A DNA stretch of 59,565 nt from Candidatus Woesearchaeota archaeon (GTDB lineage Archaea; Nanobdellota; Nanobdellia; Pacearchaeales; UBA284), in the NCBI GenBank assembly GCA_964443565.1, contig CAYUCT010000003.1, positions 1 through 59,565 on the forward strand, given 5' to 3'. The notes under the pieces are model-generated. The model did no database searches, was not told the origin of the DNA, and worked only from the letters and a program-made list of their open reading frames with translations. Both the position numbers and the translations under genes were made by a program. Below, in pieces: positions 46,029 through 57,162 of the stretch (positions within the stretch are counted from its first letter, which is position 1; the number at the start of each line of letters is the position of its first letter).

Positions 46029-47924
46029 TTAAATAACTAATTTACCCCAGAAATTTGCAGATTCTAATCTAAATTCATTATCGGTATTTGTTTCAATTAA
46101 TTTTCTTTTAAAATATTCTGGGAAAGAATCATAAAAGAAAGATTTTAATCTAAAATCATATTTATATCTTGAATCCGCAAAAATTACTAATCCCTTTTTA
46201 TTTCTTGTTCTAAAAATTCTTCCGGCAGTTTGGCATGTCTTGCTCATAGTATTATTATAAATTAACTTGTAAGCCTTTTCTTCTCCATAGTTTTTTATTA
46301 AATAATCTTTTCTTTTTACAAAAAAATAATCATCCGGTTTTGGAATTTGTATTCCATAAATATAAACTCCTTCCAAGTTATGTGCTTTATTAATTCCTCG
46401 ACTATTTTTTCCTCCAAGAACAACATAATATACTTTTCCGGGTTGATTTATGCATTCTTTTACATCTTCTAAATTTTCGGCGTTAATTAAAGGTAAAATA
46501 TCTCTTGAACTAGCATACGATGGAAAAGCGAGTAATAATCCGTTACAAAGTTTAGATAAAAATAAAACATCTTTTGCGACCCGCAAAGAATTTTCTTTTC
46601 TTTTTGTATAAATTGATGAAATGTCTTTTCTTAAAATTACTTTAAAATTTTGGGTATTAAACTCTTTAGAACTAAAAAATTCAGTGTTTTCTTTATTTAA
46701 TCCTAAATTTTCTACAAATGTTTCATGATTTCCTATTGTAGCAGAAAAAAGAAATGAAGAACTAAATTCTTTTAAAATATCTTGGATTAAATATTCTCCG
46801 TTCAAATCTTTTAGAATGACCACATTTTTTAATTCATAAGGGGCAATTGCCAATACCTCTTTATTTTGTTCCTTTACCCCATAACTAAAATAGTTTTTAT
46901 TTAATTTTAACCATGATTCTAAAAATAGATTTGGTTTTGAAGATATTTTTTCAGAAACTTCTGCAACTTTATTTACTATTTTTTCTAAATCTTTAATTAA
47001 GTCATCCAACTTGCCAAATTTTTTTTCTAAATATTCAATAAATTCTTCTTTATTTATATCAAATGTTCCTTGTTCTTTTTTATTTTTAAAAAATTCCGCA
47101 AAAGCACTAGCAAATTCAGATATTAAAATAATTTCTGAATCGCTTATTCCATTCACTTTTTTAACTTGTTCTTTTAATCTAAGTAATCCCAAAAGAGACA
47201 TTTGTTTTGTTAATATTGATAAAATTCTATCTTTTAATTCATCTGCTTCATCTATAAATAAAACAGATTCATTTGGTTCAATTCCCATTTTTGTCTTTGT
47301 TAGAGTGTAAATATTACTAAATATATGGAAATAATCTAATATTACCACATCTGCTCTTTTGATTAATTGAATAATAACTTCATAAGGACAAACACCTTTT
47401 TTTAAGGATAATTCTTTAATATGTTTGTGAAGTGCAATGCCAGCCAGTGTTCTTGGATTTTTTATTATCTCTTCTTCAATAATCTTTAAAATTTCTAAGC
47501 ATTTTTGGGAGATTTTTCTTTCGCCTTTTTGTGTTTCAGATTTTTGTTTTGAAAAACATTCTTTATAATAATCGCATTCATTATTTTTTCTTAAATAATC
47601 ACAATAGTCATAACTAAAAGAATTTTCAAATGCACATAATTTTTCTTTTCCAACTAAACTAGCAACAATTAATTTTTTCCCTAATTTCTCGTTTATTTTC
47701 AAAACTTCATCAACAATAGAATTATGGGCAGAGGTATTGCATGTAACAAATACTACTTTTTTTCCTAATGTAAGTGCAGAGGAAAGCATAGAAATACTTT
47801 TACCAATACCATAGGGTGCTTCAATTACCCCTATTTTCTTATTTTTGGCTGTTTCTAAAACAAAGTTAGCAATATTGTCTTGATTTAGTCTAGGTTCATA
47901 TGGAAAAAATTCTTTCCAAGGCAT
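46029..47924 (-). CDS. XPD/Rad3-family DNA helicase
   Basis: Walker A-like APYGIGKS, DEAD-box FIDEADEL, a 4-Cys FeS-domain region (C..C..C..C in CAFENSFSYDYCDYLRKNNECDYYKEC), and QTAGRIFR. Confidence 0.8.
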   Translation of the reverse strand: MPWKEFFPYEPRLNQDNIANFVLETAKNKKIGVIEAPYGIGKSISMLSSALTLGKKVVFVTCNTSAHNSIVDEVLKINEKLGKKLIVASLVGKEKLCAFENSFSYDYCDYLRKNNECDYYKECFSKQKSETQKGERKISQKCLEILKIIEEEIIKNPRTLAGIALHKHIKELSLKKGVCPYEVIIQLIKRADVVILDYFHIFSNIYTLTKTKMGIEPNESVLFIDEADELKDRILSILTKQMSLLGLLRLKEQVKKVNGISDSEIILISEFASAFAEFFKNKKEQGTFDINKEEFIEYLEKKFGKLDDLIKDLEKIVNKVAEVSEKISSKPNLFLESWLKLNKNYFSYGVKEQNKEVLAIAPYELKNVVILKDLNGEYLIQDILKEFSSSFLFSATIGNHETFVENLGLNKENTEFFSSKEFNTQNFKVILRKDISSIYTKRKENSLRVAKDVLFLSKLCNGLLLAFPSYASSRDILPLINAENLEDVKECINQPGKVYYVVLGGKNSRGINKAHNLEGVYIYGIQIPKPDDYFFVKRKDYLIKNYGEEKAYKLIYNNTMSKTCQTAGRIFRTRNKKGLVIFADSRYKYDFRLKSFFYDSFPEYFKRKLIETNTDNEFRLESANFWGKLVI

Positions 47925-47960
47925 TTTATCCTCCTAAGGGTACATAAAAAATTTAGTTAC

Positions 47961-47990
47961 TCTAATTCATCCTAATTCATTCTAATTCAT
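47961..47990. repeat. 10-bp tandem repeat x3 (YCTAATTCAT) in a divergent intergenic region
   Basis: TCTAATTCAT CCTAATTCAT TCTAATTCAT, lying between XPD (-) and the methyltransferase (+). Confidence 0.7.
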
Positions 47991-48077
47991 TTATCCCAAT
48001 GTATATAAACTTTCATTTTTTATTTTTTATAAATACTAAGTTCATAGATGGGTATATGAATCAGTATAAATTCACCA

Positions 48078-49031
48078 ATGGAAGTTAAAGAATCTTTTAA
48101 AAAAAGAATAGAAAAACAAGTCGGAAAACAAGAAGCAAACAAGTTTTTTGAAACATTACAAAAAAGAACAAGAAAAGCATTAAGAGTAAATACTTTAAAA
48201 TCTTCTTTTAATGAAATAAAAAAAACTTTCAAAGAAAACTCTTGGAATTTCAAAGAATATCCTGAATTAAATGCTTTTGTTATTGAATCAGAATTAAATC
48301 CCGGGGAATTAGGAAAAAAAAGAGAACATCAAACAGGTAATTATTACATTCAAGAATTAACAAGTATGCTGCCGGTTTATGCTTTAAATCCAAAAGAAGA
48401 TGAATTGGTTTTAGATTTATGTGCTGCTCCTGGTTCAAAAACTACTCAATTAGCAATGTTTATGAAGAATAAAGGAACAATTTTTGCAAATGAAGTTAAA
48501 AAGGATAGGATAAATATTCTTTCTTCAAATTTAGAAAGATGTGGCGTTACAAACACAATTTTAACCCAAGAAGATGGTTTAAAATTCTGTAAGGTATTTA
48601 ATGAAGAAAAATTTCTTTTTGATAAAATATTAATTGATGCTCCTTGTTCTGGAGAAGGAACAATAATGAATGATCCCGAAGCAATGAAAATATGGAATGA
48701 AAATATGATCAAAAAATTTTCTAGAATTCAAAAAAATTTAATTGAATCTGCTTTTAAGATATTAAAACCTCAAGGAGCGTTAGTATATAGCACATGTACT
48801 TTAGATATTGAAGAAGATGAAGAAGTTATTCAATATCTACTTGAAAAATATCCTGCTCAAATTAAAATAGAAAAAGTTTCTTTTCCGTTAAAATCAAAAG
48901 AAGGGACAATTAAATATCAAAATAAAAAATTAGATAATCAAATAAAAAATTGTGCTAAATTTTGGCCACAAGACAATGGTTCAGAAGGATTTTTTGTTGC
49001 AAAAATAATTAAAATAAAAGATAAATTTTGA
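48078..49031 (+). CDS. NOL1/NOP2/Sun-family RNA cytosine-C5 methyltransferase
   Basis: DLCAAPGSKTT (SAM binding), DAPCSGEG and YSTCT catalytic Cys motifs. Confidence 0.88.
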   Translation: MEVKESFKKRIEKQVGKQEANKFFETLQKRTRKALRVNTLKSSFNEIKKTFKENSWNFKEYPELNAFVIESELNPGELGKKREHQTGNYYIQELTSMLPVYALNPKEDELVLDLCAAPGSKTTQLAMFMKNKGTIFANEVKKDRINILSSNLERCGVTNTILTQEDGLKFCKVFNEEKFLFDKILIDAPCSGEGTIMNDPEAMKIWNENMIKKFSRIQKNLIESAFKILKPQGALVYSTCTLDIEEDEEVIQYLLEKYPAQIKIEKVSFPLKSKEGTIKYQNKKLDNQIKNCAKFWPQDNGSEGFFVAKIIKIKDKF

Positions 49032-49104
49032 AAATTAAAATAAATAGAATAATTAAAATAAAAGAAAAATAGAAAAATAAAAAAACAAATTAAAAAACAA
49101 AAAA

Positions 49105-49602
49105 ATGGAATTTCAAAAATTATCAAGAAAAGAAAAAAAAGATATTCTAGACAATATTCAAAAAGAATATAATTTTGAAGAAGAAAAAATAGAAGAACTG
49201 TTAGTAGGACAATTTTTTTATTCCGGAAAAAACAAATTAAGATATTTTTCAGGGAATATTGATTTAGTAAATATTCCGTCTTTTCAGAAAAAATTAAAAG
49301 TTCAAAATATTGGAATTTATTTTTTAAATTTGGAATCAAAAAAATCAAGATTTAGTTTTGATTTTTCTACATTATTTGGAAAATATGCAAGAAAAAACTT
49401 TGTTATTTTGTCTCAAAAACAAGAAAAAAGTTGGTTTTTGGGGATAGACATCTGTTTATCTGAAGAGCAGAAAGAAAATATTAAAAATGGATTTATTATT
49501 GTAAAATCTTTAGATAATTTGGTAATTGGTATGGGGAATTATTTTGGTGAAAATTTAATAAACTTTCTTCCAAAAGATAAAAGATCAAAATATGTTGAAT
49601 AA
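49105..49602 (+). CDS. Possible NIP7-like PUA-domain protein
   Basis: The C-terminus IIVKSLDNLVIGMGNYFGENLINFLPKDKR resembles a PUA/NIP7 pattern. The match is weak. Confidence 0.35.
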   Translation: MEFQKLSRKEKKDILDNIQKEYNFEEEKIEELLVGQFFYSGKNKLRYFSGNIDLVNIPSFQKKLKVQNIGIYFLNLESKKSRFSFDFSTLFGKYARKNFVILSQKQEKSWFLGIDICLSEEQKENIKNGFIIVKSLDNLVIGMGNYFGENLINFLPKDKRSKYVE

Positions 49603-49607
49603 TTTTT

Positions 49608-49835
49608 GATAATACTAGAAAACAGAAAACCTTATCCACAATCTAAACGCTCAAAAATCTATAAGATTTTTGACGCACAGAAATTATAAATTTCTGCAGG
49701 ATTGCGGTTTTCTGTTTTCTGTATCCCGAAATCAAATACAAACCACATACTAAAGTCCTTGAAAATGTGAAACATTTTCGAGACCCAGAAAACAAAAGTT
49801 TTCTAGAGTGTATGTGGTACTAAAGATTTCGTGAT
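49608..49835. repeat. Hairpin-array element, copy E (conserved scaffold plus 4 hairpins)
   Basis: AGAAAACAGAAAACC at 49617-49631 is perfectly complementary to GGTTTTCTGTTTTCT at 49706-49720. AAACCACATAC pairs with GTATGTGGT, and ATCCCGAAATC pairs with GATTTCGTGAT. It shares its scaffold with 12920-13216. Confidence 0.7.
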
Positions 49836-49930
49836 CTTCAATAATTTTAAAAAATTTGAAAATTAATGGAGTTTAAAATTATCTTCTTTAATACAATTAA
49901 ATTTAAATATCTTATTTATCTATAATTTTG

Positions 49931-50818
49931 ATGGAACATAAAGAATTAGAAAATTTTAGAAAAGCAGGTCAAATATCTAGAGAAGTTTCAGAATATGCTC
50001 GTTCTATTATTCGACAGGGAATGTCTTTAAGAGATATTGCCGATATGATTGAATTAAAAATTAATGAATTAGGAGCAAAACCCGCATTTCCAGTTAATTT
50101 AAGCATTAATGAAACAGCCGCACATTATACTCCTTATCAAACCGATCCAAGTATTGCAGAGGGATTATTAAAAATTGACATTGGAGTGAGTTATAATGGT
50201 TATGTTGGTGATAGTGCTTTTACTTTAGATTTAACTCCAGATAATGAATTTTTAGATTTAGTCAAGGCATCTGAAAAAGCATTAGAAGAAGCAAGCAAGG
50301 TTATCAAACCAGGAGTAACGGTTTCAGAAATTGGAAAAGCAATAGAATCAAAAATAAGAGAATTTGGTTTTAAATCAATAAAAAATCTGTCTGGGCACGA
50401 AATAAAAAGATATAATTTACATGCAGGATTAACAATTCCTAATTATGATTCAAAATCAAATTCAAAATTAAAAGAAGGGATGATTATTGCAATTGAACCA
50501 TTTGCAACACCTGGAAATGGGATGGTTAAAGATGGACAGCCTTCCGGAATTTTTAAATTAATTGCAAAAAAACCAGTAAGAGATCTAGAAACAAGAAAGA
50601 TAATTGATTATATTGAAAAAAATTATTTGACTTTGCCTTTTGCAGGAAGATGGTTAGTTGATATTTTTGGAACCAGAGCAAATTTATCATTGAAATTACT
50701 TGAAGATCAAGGAATAATTTATCAATATTCTCAACTTAATGAGGTTTCTAGACAACCAGTTTCTCAAGCAGAACATACATTTTTAGTTACTGCAGATGGA
50801 TGTGAAGTTTTAACTTAA
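49931..50818 (+). CDS. map: Methionine aminopeptidase, type 2 (archaeal)
   Basis: PFPVNLSINETAAHYTP, DIGV..GY.GDSAFT, SGHEI, IEPF and AEHTF are MetAP2-like metal-ligand motifs. Confidence 0.9.
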   Translation: MEHKELENFRKAGQISREVSEYARSIIRQGMSLRDIADMIELKINELGAKPAFPVNLSINETAAHYTPYQTDPSIAEGLLKIDIGVSYNGYVGDSAFTLDLTPDNEFLDLVKASEKALEEASKVIKPGVTVSEIGKAIESKIREFGFKSIKNLSGHEIKRYNLHAGLTIPNYDSKSNSKLKEGMIIAIEPFATPGNGMVKDGQPSGIFKLIAKKPVRDLETRKIIDYIEKNYLTLPFAGRWLVDIFGTRANLSLKLLEDQGIIYQYSQLNEVSRQPVSQAEHTFLVTADGCEVLT

Positions 50819-50992
50819 ATTTTTTATAGGCAAGGGATTAAAATTGTTAAATCGTCTAAACATAAAATTTCCAGAAAAAAATTAGAAGATTCTTTATCAA
50901 TAATCAAAATCGGTTCTAAAAAGATAAAAAATTTAATAGATTCTGAGAATGGATACACTAAACTTAATGAATATTTCAAACAAGTTCCGTAT

Positions 50993-51301
50993 TTGCCTAA
51001 CAATGCCTCGAAAAAAATAGTTCTTGCAACAGTGGTAAAGGGAATAAGGATTTTGTATTATGAGCATAAAATTGAATCTATAAAAGAAATTCCAACTTAC
51101 GAAACAATTTTTAATTTTAATTCAAAAGAGATAGAAAACTTTTATAATTTGTTGCATGGAAAATATTTTCCTTCTGAAAGAGAAGGATTGGAATTAAAAT
51201 ATATCTTTAATATAAAAAAATTAAATAAAGAAGAAAAAGAGAAGTTAAAAAAATTGGGTAAGGAATTAGGGGAAAAATTGTGTAAATCTGAATATTTTTA
51301 A
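50993..51301 (+). CDS. Hypothetical protein (TTG start)
   Basis: 102-aa ORF with no in-frame ATG near the start. It lies in the same frame as the upstream map gene. Confidence 0.3.
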   Translation: MPNNASKKIVLATVVKGIRILYYEHKIESIKEIPTYETIFNFNSKEIENFYNLLHGKYFPSEREGLELKYIFNIKKLNKEEKEKLKKLGKELGEKLCKSEYF

Positions 51302-51308
51302 AAATTTA

Positions 51309-52079
51309 TTAAACATTAAATAATCCGGTAGCATGGTCTCTAGTCGAAACCGAAATTTTTGGTTTTAAATCAGATCTTTCTTTTAATAACTGTTTGCAAG
51401 TATTGAAAGCAATTTCTTCGGTATTATTATTTTCGCTTAAATGTGATAAAACAATATGGTTCAATTTTTTATCTGAATGTTCGAGTAAGCATAATGAACT
51501 TTGAAGATTTGAAAGATGTCCTTTGTCTCCGAGAATTCTATTTTTTAAAAAATAAGGATATGGACCATTTTTTAACATATTTTCATCATGATTTGATTCA
51601 AAAAAAACAAAATCCGAATCATTTATGTTTGAGATAACATTTTTGCAAGGAAATCCAATATCGGTTATAATTGAAACTTTTTTATCTTTTTCTTCAACAC
51701 AATACGAAACCGGATTTTCTGCATCATGTGATTTTGAAAAAGCATTTATTTTAAGTTTATTGATTTCTATTGTTTCATTATTCTTAATATGATTAATTAA
51801 TTCTTCATTTGAGCAAACAAATCCATTTTTTGCGGTTTCTTTTGTTAAATAAATTGGAATATTACAAGTTCTAGCAAGAACATCTACTCCTTTAATGTGG
51901 TCCGAATGTTCGTGAGTAATAAAAATAGCATTTAACTTATCCGAATTTCTTTTTATCTGTGCTAATCTATGATTTAATTCTTTAAAAGAAAGTCCGTCAT
52001 CAATTAAGATAGCCGAGTCATCATTTTCAATATAAAAAGAATTTGCTGAACTTCCAGATGATAATGCTGAAACCCTCAT
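51309..52079 (-). CDS. Metallo-beta-lactamase fold hydrolase
   Basis: THEHSDH (HxHxDH) motif. 256 aa. Confidence 0.8.
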   Translation of the reverse strand: MRVSALSSGSSANSFYIENDDSAILIDDGLSFKELNHRLAQIKRNSDKLNAIFITHEHSDHIKGVDVLARTCNIPIYLTKETAKNGFVCSNEELINHIKNNETIEINKLKINAFSKSHDAENPVSYCVEEKDKKVSIITDIGFPCKNVISNINDSDFVFFESNHDENMLKNGPYPYFLKNRILGDKGHLSNLQSSLCLLEHSDKKLNHIVLSHLSENNNTEEIAFNTCKQLLKERSDLKPKISVSTRDHATGLFNV

Positions 52080-52366
52080 TTTCTCCTCTCTTTAACTTTA
52101 TCTGATTTATTTCGACCGTACAAAAACCATCCGATAATAACTATAAAAATGTTAATTCCCCCAATAATATTTGATAAAATTACAGGAAGTTCATTTATTT
52201 CAATTCCATAAAAAATCCAAATAATTGTTCCAATAAAAAAAAGAAGATAGGTAATTACTGAAATATCTTTAGCACTTTTTCTTTTAAAAATTTTAATCCA
52301 TTGAGGAATATTTGCAAGGCCACTAACTATTCCAAAAATTGTAGCTAAGGTAGATAATAATGTCAT
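52076..52366 (-). CDS. SemiSWEET/PQ-loop small transporter
   Basis: Three TM segments in 96 aa, with the IPQWIKIFKRKSAKDIS PQ-loop motif. Confidence 0.7.
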   Translation of the reverse strand: MTLLSTLATIFGIVSGLANIPQWIKIFKRKSAKDISVITYLLFFIGTIIWIFYGIEINELPVILSNIIGGINIFIVIIGWFLYGRNKSDKVKERRK

Positions 52367-52520
52367 TCTCTTTTTTTCCTCGTATAATTCAAGAAATAAT
52401 TTGCTATTTAAAGTTTATTAATCAAAAATAAATAATTCAAATAAGAAAAATAAAAAAGAAACAAATGCCGGGAATAGAGGAAAACCGGCATTTGTTCTTG
52501 TTTTCATGAATATTTTTGAT

Positions 52521-54899
52521 TTATCCCGCATATTTGTGGTTTTTATCTAGTGCTGCTCTTGCACTTCTCAAATATTTTGTTTCAATTTCCCGATATCTTT
52601 TTATATCGTCTGGGGAAATTGAACCGCCAATTTTTTTAATTGCGTCGTCAAAAAATTTCTTTTTAACAATTTTTGCGTTAATATCTTCTCTTAACGTAAG
52701 CATTGCGGCTTCTCTGCAAACACCTTCAATGTCTGCACCACTGTATCCTTCTGTTTTTTCTGCCAAGTCTTTAATTGAAATATCTTTTGCAAGAGGCATT
52801 TTTTTTGTATGAACGTTAAAGATTGCTTCTCTTTCTTCTTTATTTGGACTTCCAACAAATACCATTCTATCAAATCTTCCTGGACGTAATAATGCTGCAT
52901 CTAGCATATCGGGACGATTTGTTGCTCCAATTATCACAACATCTTCTAAAGATTCAATTCCATCCATCTCGGCAAGAATTTGATTAAGAACTCTTTCAGT
53001 CACATTATTTCCCATTTCCATTCCTCTTCTTCCTGCTAATGCATCAATTTCATCAAAGAAAATAATGCAGGGTGCAACTTGTTTTGCTCTTTCAAATATT
53101 TTTCTTACTCCTTCTTCAGATTTTCCAACCCACATTGAAAGCAATGATGGTCCTTTTACTTGGATAAAATTTGCTTCGCTCTCGGTAGCAACTGCTTTTG
53201 CCAATAATGTTTTTCCTGTTCCTGGTGGCCCATAAATTAATATTCCCTTTGGAGGACGAATTCCTAATCGTTCAAATGATTCTGGATTTTTCATTGGCCA
53301 TTCAATTGCTTCTTTCAATTCTTGTTTTGCTTCGCCCAAACCCCCAACATCTTCCCATTTTACATTTGGACTTTCAACAAGAACTTCTCGCATTGCACTT
53401 GGTTGAACCATTTTTAATGCATCTTTAAAATCTTTATGTGTTACTTTTAATTTTTCTAAATCTTCAGTAGTTATTTCTTCATCTTTATTTAATTTTAAAG
53501 TTGGAAGAACTTTTCGTAGAACAACCATTGCTGCTTCTTTGCATAATGCAGATAAATCTGCTCCAACAAAACCGTGAGTAATAGATGCAAATTCTTCTAA
53601 ATTAACATCTTTTGTTAAAGGCATATTTCTTGTATGAATTTTTAAAACTTCTAATCTTCCTTTTTTATCAGGAACATTGATACTAATTTCTCTATCAAAT
53701 CTTCCCGGTCTTCTTAATGCAGGGTCAATTGAATTTGGAAGATTTGTTGCTCCAATGACTACAACTTTTCCTCTTGATTTTAATCCATCCATCATGGTTA
53801 ATAACTGAGAGACAACTCTTCTTTCAACTTCTCCGACGCTATCTTCTCTTTTTGGAGCAATTGCATCAATTTCATCTATAAAAATAATTGATGGCGCATT
53901 TTTTTCAGCATTGTCAAATATTTCTCTAATTTTTTTCTCTGATTCTCCATAAAACTTACTCATTATTTCTGGACCGTTTAATACAATAAAATTCGCTTCG
54001 CTTTCACTTGCTACTGCTCGAGCTAATAATGTTTTTCCTGTTCCTGGAGGACCAAATAATAAAACTCCTTTTGGAGGTTCTATTCCTAATTTGGAAAATA
54101 GTTCTGGATGTTTTAATGGAAGTTCAACCATCTCTCTAATTTTTTTAACTTCTTCATCTAATCCCCCAATATCTTCATAAGTAACTTGTGGAACTGCTTT
54201 TTTATCGTCAGAAATTTCGACTGCTTTTGGATTTAAAACTAATTCTGTATTCTCTGTAATAACACAGGGAGCATTAGGATCTAAATTTATAACTGCAAAT
54301 CTTAATTGACTCACTGGATTATTAAAATTAGATAATCCAAATCCCATTGCGCCAAGAATTTCACTAAAGTCAGCTCCTAAAAAATCATCAAAATCTTCTG
54401 GCGTTCTGTTTCTTCTACCGCCAGCTCCTCTTGCTCCTAAAACTAATAGGTCTCCTTTAACAAAAGTTCTTCCAATAAGATTTTGTTTTAATCCTTCTGG
54501 ATCTCCTTTTACCATTATACCTTGTTGTGCAGGGGCAATAGTAATCTTTTTTGCTTCTCGAATATTTGCTTTGGTTACAGTAACTATTTCTCCTACTCCT
54601 GTTTTAGCATTTTTTCTTATAATCCCATCTGCTCGGATTATATTTTCCCCATTATCGCTAGGATATGCTTTGTCTGCTATTGCTACTGTTTCTTTTTCTC
54701 CTTTGATTATAATTACATCTCCGGGTTTAATTCCCAGAATTTTCATTGTATTATTATCAATTCTTGCAATTCCCTTGTATGCATCTTCTTGAAGCGCTTC
54801 AACTACTTTTAATTTAATTATTTCATTTTTATTTTCTTTATCTTTGTTTTTGTGTTCATCATCTTTGTTGTTTTTTTCATTATCTTTTATTTTTACCAT
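52521..54899 (-). CDS. cdc48: Cdc48/VCP-type AAA+ ATPase (two AAA domains)
   Basis: Two [11 protein letters not shown] Walker A motifs, two DEID Walker B motifs, and an N-terminal double-psi barrel-like region. Confidence 0.95.
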   Translation of the reverse strand: MVKIKDNEKNNKDDEHKNKDKENKNEIIKLKVVEALQEDAYKGIARIDNNTMKILGIKPGDVIIIKGEKETVAIADKAYPSDNGENIIRADGIIRKNAKTGVGEIVTVTKANIREAKKITIAPAQQGIMVKGDPEGLKQNLIGRTFVKGDLLVLGARGAGGRRNRTPEDFDDFLGADFSEILGAMGFGLSNFNNPVSQLRFAVINLDPNAPCVITENTELVLNPKAVEISDDKKAVPQVTYEDIGGLDEEVKKIREMVELPLKHPELFSKLGIEPPKGVLLFGPPGTGKTLLARAVASESEANFIVLNGPEIMSKFYGESEKKIREIFDNAEKNAPSIIFIDEIDAIAPKREDSVGEVERRVVSQLLTMMDGLKSRGKVVVIGATNLPNSIDPALRRPGRFDREISINVPDKKGRLEVLKIHTRNMPLTKDVNLEEFASITHGFVGADLSALCKEAAMVVLRKVLPTLKLNKDEEITTEDLEKLKVTHKDFKDALKMVQPSAMREVLVESPNVKWEDVGGLGEAKQELKEAIEWPMKNPESFERLGIRPPKGILIYGPPGTGKTLLAKAVATESEANFIQVKGPSLLSMWVGKSEEGVRKIFERAKQVAPCIIFFDEIDALAGRRGMEMGNNVTERVLNQILAEMDGIESLEDVVIIGATNRPDMLDAALLRPGRFDRMVFVGSPNKEEREAIFNVHTKKMPLAKDISIKDLAEKTEGYSGADIEGVCREAAMLTLREDINAKIVKKKFFDDAIKKIGGSISPDDIKRYREIETKYLRSARAALDKNHKYAG

Positions 54900-55561
54900 T
54901 CTTTTCCTCCGTCATTTCTGACTTTTTTAAATTTTAAATTTATTTTTGGTTTTTTTATTTCTCTATTTTTATTATTATTTTTGTTTATTTCATTTTGATG
55001 GATATTTGAAATGCTTTTTACTTTTTTTCCATTTACAATGACTTCTTCAGAATATTTTATTGGATTTTCTTTATTTCTGGAATCGTTTGAGTATGCTTTA
55101 CTTATTATAATGCTTTTATTTTTTTCCGGATTTAATGAATCTCTTTGTTCTATTTTGGTTATTTCTTTTCCAAAACTTAATGAAATTCTTCCAGCATCTT
55201 CTAAGCATAATCGAACCATTTCGTTCATTTTATCTTTTAATTTATCATTATCAAAAACGTGGTGATTTGAATTGTTGGAATTTTTTTCTTCTTCATTTGA
55301 TTCTTGCATAAAATCAATTATTTCTCTTGGGATACTTACAGCATAACTATTTCCAACCATTCTTAATTTAACATCAAATGGTTTTTGTTTTAATTGTGCG
55401 AATTTTTTAAATTCTTCAATATCATTTGGATGATAAATTCTTTTTCCACATTTTGGACATTGCAGTGCTCGGATATTAAATCCATTTTTATTTACTAAAA
55501 CTCTTTTCATTTCGGTTCTGCAATCTTTGCACCAAATTAATTCATCGAACATATCAGTCAT
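54893..55561 (-). CDS. Zinc-ribbon plus AbrB/SpoVT-like domain protein
   Basis: CKDC...CPKC, then [17 protein letters not shown] (AbrB-like swapped hairpin). It overlaps the cdc48 start by 7 nt. Confidence 0.5.
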   Translation of the reverse strand: MTDMFDELIWCKDCRTEMKRVLVNKNGFNIRALQCPKCGKRIYHPNDIEEFKKFAQLKQKPFDVKLRMVGNSYAVSIPREIIDFMQESNEEEKNSNNSNHHVFDNDKLKDKMNEMVRLCLEDAGRISLSFGKEITKIEQRDSLNPEKNKSIIISKAYSNDSRNKENPIKYSEEVIVNGKKVKSISNIHQNEINKNNNKNREIKKPKINLKFKKVRNDGGKEW

Positions 55562-55823
55562 TTTATTTTTTGTTGTGTATACTCCTTGTGTATACGTAGA
55601 AATATGTACTTTATAAATCTTTCTATGTTTTGAATTTTACGCAAAAATTAGATTTATTTTTATTTCCAAGAGTTAAACATTTGGTAATTCTTCCTTATTT
55701 TTTTTAAGAAAATAGTGTGAATCTATCTTTTCTTGATTTATATGCAATAATTTTGTTACTGCTCATTACAAGTAATATTTTACTGAACAGAACGTTTATA
55801 AATGTTTGTTTTGATTGAAAAAT

Positions 55824-56297
55824 ATGGCGAAGGGAAAAGAAAATAATTTAGAAGAAAAAGTTAAATTAGGTATTAATAATAGCAAAAATTCTGAAGAGGA
55901 AATAATAATAGAAATTAAATCAGAAGATATTCTTGGAGATTTTCTTGGAGATATGCATGACCCATATATTCAAAAGCAAAAAGCAGAATTAGCAAAAAAA
56001 TTTGGAGAATCCTTTTTAACTGAAATTATGATTCATAAACAAGGATATAAATTTTGTTTTCATAAATCTGATGATGATAAATGGCCTTCTGATCCACATG
56101 GGCATTGCAAAGAAAAAGGATATAAAATAAATCCATATAATGGAAGAATATTTGAAATAGAAGGAAAAACACAAGTAGATAGAATAAGAAAAAAACATAT
56201 GGAATCTTTTTGGAAAGAACTTAAAGAAAAAGGTTTAGATTTAGCACAATATAACCCCCAATATAAAGAAGATTATTATAAAGAACATTATGCTTAA
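55824..56297 (+). CDS. Hypothetical protein
   Basis: About 157-aa ORF starting at ATG 55824, with no motif recognised. Confidence 0.35.
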   Translation: MAKGKENNLEEKVKLGINNSKNSEEEIIIEIKSEDILGDFLGDMHDPYIQKQKAELAKKFGESFLTEIMIHKQGYKFCFHKSDDDKWPSDPHGHCKEKGYKINPYNGRIFEIEGKTQVDRIRKKHMESFWKELKEKGLDLAQYNPQYKEDYYKEHYA

Positions 56298-56319
56298 ATT
56301 ACAAGTTGATTAATATAAT

Positions 56320-57009
56320 TTATTCTTCAATTATCCCAAGCTGTTTTTCATAGATATTTCGAATTAATCTTTCTGCAAGAGATTTAACATAATCTAGATT
56401 TTTATTATTATGTTTTGCTGGGACAAAAATTAAGAATTCATCACCCGCACTTTCATTTAGTCTATGAACAGCAATATCTTCCATCCTTATGTCTTTGTTG
56501 TAATTAGAATATAACTGGTGATGTCTAGTTCTTTTAAGAATTTCTTTTCCGATCATCTCGAGGTATTCATCAACCTTTGAATATCCTATTTTTGAATTCC
56601 AATCATGTAAATCATCAATATCAAAGAAGATGTAATATCCTTCTTCTATTCCTCTTTTTTTTAATTCTTCTAATTTAATTACAAATCCGGTTTTATTTAA
56701 AAGCCCAGTAACTGGATCATGCAAGCAAAAATTTTCCAAAATTTCTTGATATTTTGGGTCTAATTTTTTAGATAAAACAAAAAAATCTTCTGCTTTCTTT
56801 TTAAAAACTCCATGAATTTTACTTTTTAACCTAGTGCCTGAATATATTGATAGATTGTAATATTTCTTTTTTTTATTTTTCTTTGCTTTAATGACTGCTT
56901 TTGTGGCTTCTTCATAACTTCTCCCTATTCCACAAGATAGAGTAATAAGCTCTTTTTTTATTAAAGAATTTTCAAAATCTTTTTCTTTATTAAACAATCC
57001 AAGTACCAT
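56320..57009 (-). CDS. GGDEF-domain (diguanylate cyclase-like) protein
   Basis: DPVTGLLNKTGF, FFDIDDLHDWNSKIGY and SAGDEFLIFVP (AGDEF variant of GGDEF). I chose the start at the internal ATG 57009. Confidence 0.75.
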   Translation of the reverse strand: MVLGLFNKEKDFENSLIKKELITLSCGIGRSYEEATKAVIKAKKNKKKKYYNLSIYSGTRLKSKIHGVFKKKAEDFFVLSKKLDPKYQEILENFCLHDPVTGLLNKTGFVIKLEELKKRGIEEGYYIFFDIDDLHDWNSKIGYSKVDEYLEMIGKEILKRTRHHQLYSNYNKDIRMEDIAVHRLNESAGDEFLIFVPAKHNNKNLDYVKSLAERLIRNIYEKQLGIIEE

Positions 57010-57162
57010 TTTTTCCTCTTTTTTAATCAAGCAAAAATAAATCAATATAAAACAAATATAAAACCCATATCTTAATTATTAATAAAATAGTATAATATAT
57101 TATGCTTATAAATATTATCTCTTTCAAGAAAGATATTTAAATTAAAATTGTTCTCTTTAAGT

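Noticed and set aside
50816-51301. The frame stays open for about 160 codons after the map TAA stop and runs into ORF 50993-51301, suggesting a readthrough extension.
   Set aside because: MetAP ends at its normal C-terminus and the extension has no MetAP-related sequence. In an AT-rich, Lys/Asn/Ile-rich genome, an open frame of this length can arise by chance. No recoding signal is visible.
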